Assembly (NCBI GenBank): GCA_028275205.1
Contig: JAPWVB010000003.1
Coordinates: 1-33,950 of the forward strand
Direction: 5' to 3'
Source: Candidatus Acetothermia bacterium
GTDB lineage: Bacteria; Bipolaricaulota; Bipolaricaulia; RBG-16-55-9; DRXL01
Length of the DNA stretch: 33,950 bases
Part shown: positions 33,086-33,950 of the stretch, piece by piece
How positions within the stretch are numbered: the first letter of the stretch is position 1
Layout of the letters: the number at the start of each line of letters is the position of its first letter
Program-made: the position numbers and the translations under genes
The notes under the pieces: model-generated
The model's database searches: none
Told to the model about the DNA's origin: nothing
Seen by the model: only the letters and a program-made list of their open reading frames with translations

Positions 33086-33950
33086 GCAACCTCTCTTGAT
33101 CTTGGGGCCGACGGCCACGGGCAAGTCCGAGCTGGCCGTAGCTATCGCGGAGCATCTTGATGGCGAGATCATCTCTGCCGACGCCCGCGCCATCTATAGA
33201 GAGCTCAATATTGGCACAGCAAAGCCCCCTCCGCACTTGCGCGCCCGAGTTCCGCACCATCTCATAGATCTTCTCGATCCTACCGAGCACTATGATGTGA
33301 TGCGCTTTCGCCAGGATGTGCTGAAAGCCCTCGAAGAGATTCGCGCCCGAGGGAGGCTGCCCATCGTTGTGGGCGGGAGCACGCTCTATATCTCGGCGCT
33401 GACGGGAACGTTCTTCGCCGGCCCCAAGGCCGATCCCCAAATCCGTCAGCGCCTCGAAGCTCAGCCCCAAGAGCACTTACGAAAGCGTTTGGAAGAGATC
33501 GACCCCGAAGCCGCACAGCGCATTCACCCTAACGACAAAGTCCGCACCGTGCGCGCGTTAGAAGTCTACGAGCTCACGGGGCTGCCCATCTCCCGCTGGC
33601 ACAAAGAGTCGAAAGTCCCGTTCCCGTATAAATTTACAAAGATCGGGCTCACGCTCAATAGAAAAATTCTCTACGAGCGCATCAACGCGCGCGTCGAGCA
33701 GATGCTCGCAGCTGGGCTCTTAGAAGAAGCCAAAGCTTTGAAAGCTAAGCTCACCCCGGAGATGCCCGCTTACAGAACTATTGGGTACGAAGAGCTCTTT
33801 CAGTATCTTGACGGCAAGATCTCTTACGACGAAGCTGTGAGACTCATAAAGAAGCACACCCGCGAGTACGCCAAGAGACAGATCATCTATTTCAAGCGCG
33901 AGCCCGATGTCCACTGGATTGACGTGACGGGGAAGCTCCTCGAAGAGATT
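33075..33950 (+). CDS. miaA: tRNA dimethylallyltransferase MiaA (3'-truncated by the window edge; not in the ORF track)
   Basis: Read by hand from GTG 33075: [61 protein letters not shown]. Confidence 0.95.
   Translation, partial: MKSEQPLLILGPTATGKSELAVAIAEHLDGEIISADARAIYRELNIGTAKPPPHLRARVPHHLIDLLDPTEHYDVMRFRQDVLKALEEIRARGRLPIVVGGSTLYISALTGTFFAGPKADPQIRQRLEAQPQEHLRKRLEEIDPEAAQRIHPNDKVRTVRALEVYELTGLPISRWHKESKVPFPYKFTKIGLTLNRKILYERINARVEQMLAAGLLEEAKALKAKLTPEMPAYRTIGYEELFQYLDGKISYDEAVRLIKKHTREYAKRQIIYFKREPDVHWIDVTGKLLEEI

Noticed and set aside
33072-33914. Minus-strand ORFs at the right edge
   Set aside because: Antisense to miaA, which is open on the + strand to the window end

Overview
GC-rich bacterial chromosomal segment. 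The gene set and protein style suggest a deep-branching lineage such as Ca. Bipolaricaulota/Acetothermia, but this is inference only. The left ~9.3 kb is accessory and envelope-related: a 5'-truncated repeat-rich surface protein, a secreted subtilase fused to a phage-appendage-type self-cleaving chaperone domain (Peptidase_G2-like), a geranylgeranyl reductase, a CysD/CysH-family protein and an O-antigen-ligase/TPR protein, with REP-like palindromes between several of them. The rest is mostly housekeeping: secA, acyP, rny, an MMPL transporter, nusA, rimP, rluD, pgsA, an HD protein, an AGT/ATL-EndoV fusion, an orphan ParA with a small RHH-like partner, larC, a larE-larB fusion, a decayed coiled-coil/PD-(D/E)XK gene, pdxST, Uma2, gap, comF, an MBL hydrolase, dnaG, rpoD and a 3'-truncated miaA. 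The most notable items are the S8-chaperone fusion, a nested palindromic element read in-frame inside rluD, and the ParA/RHH/AGT-EndoV unit preceded by an array of TTGTG/CACAA palindromes. I recognised no rRNA, tRNA, CRISPR array or transposase.
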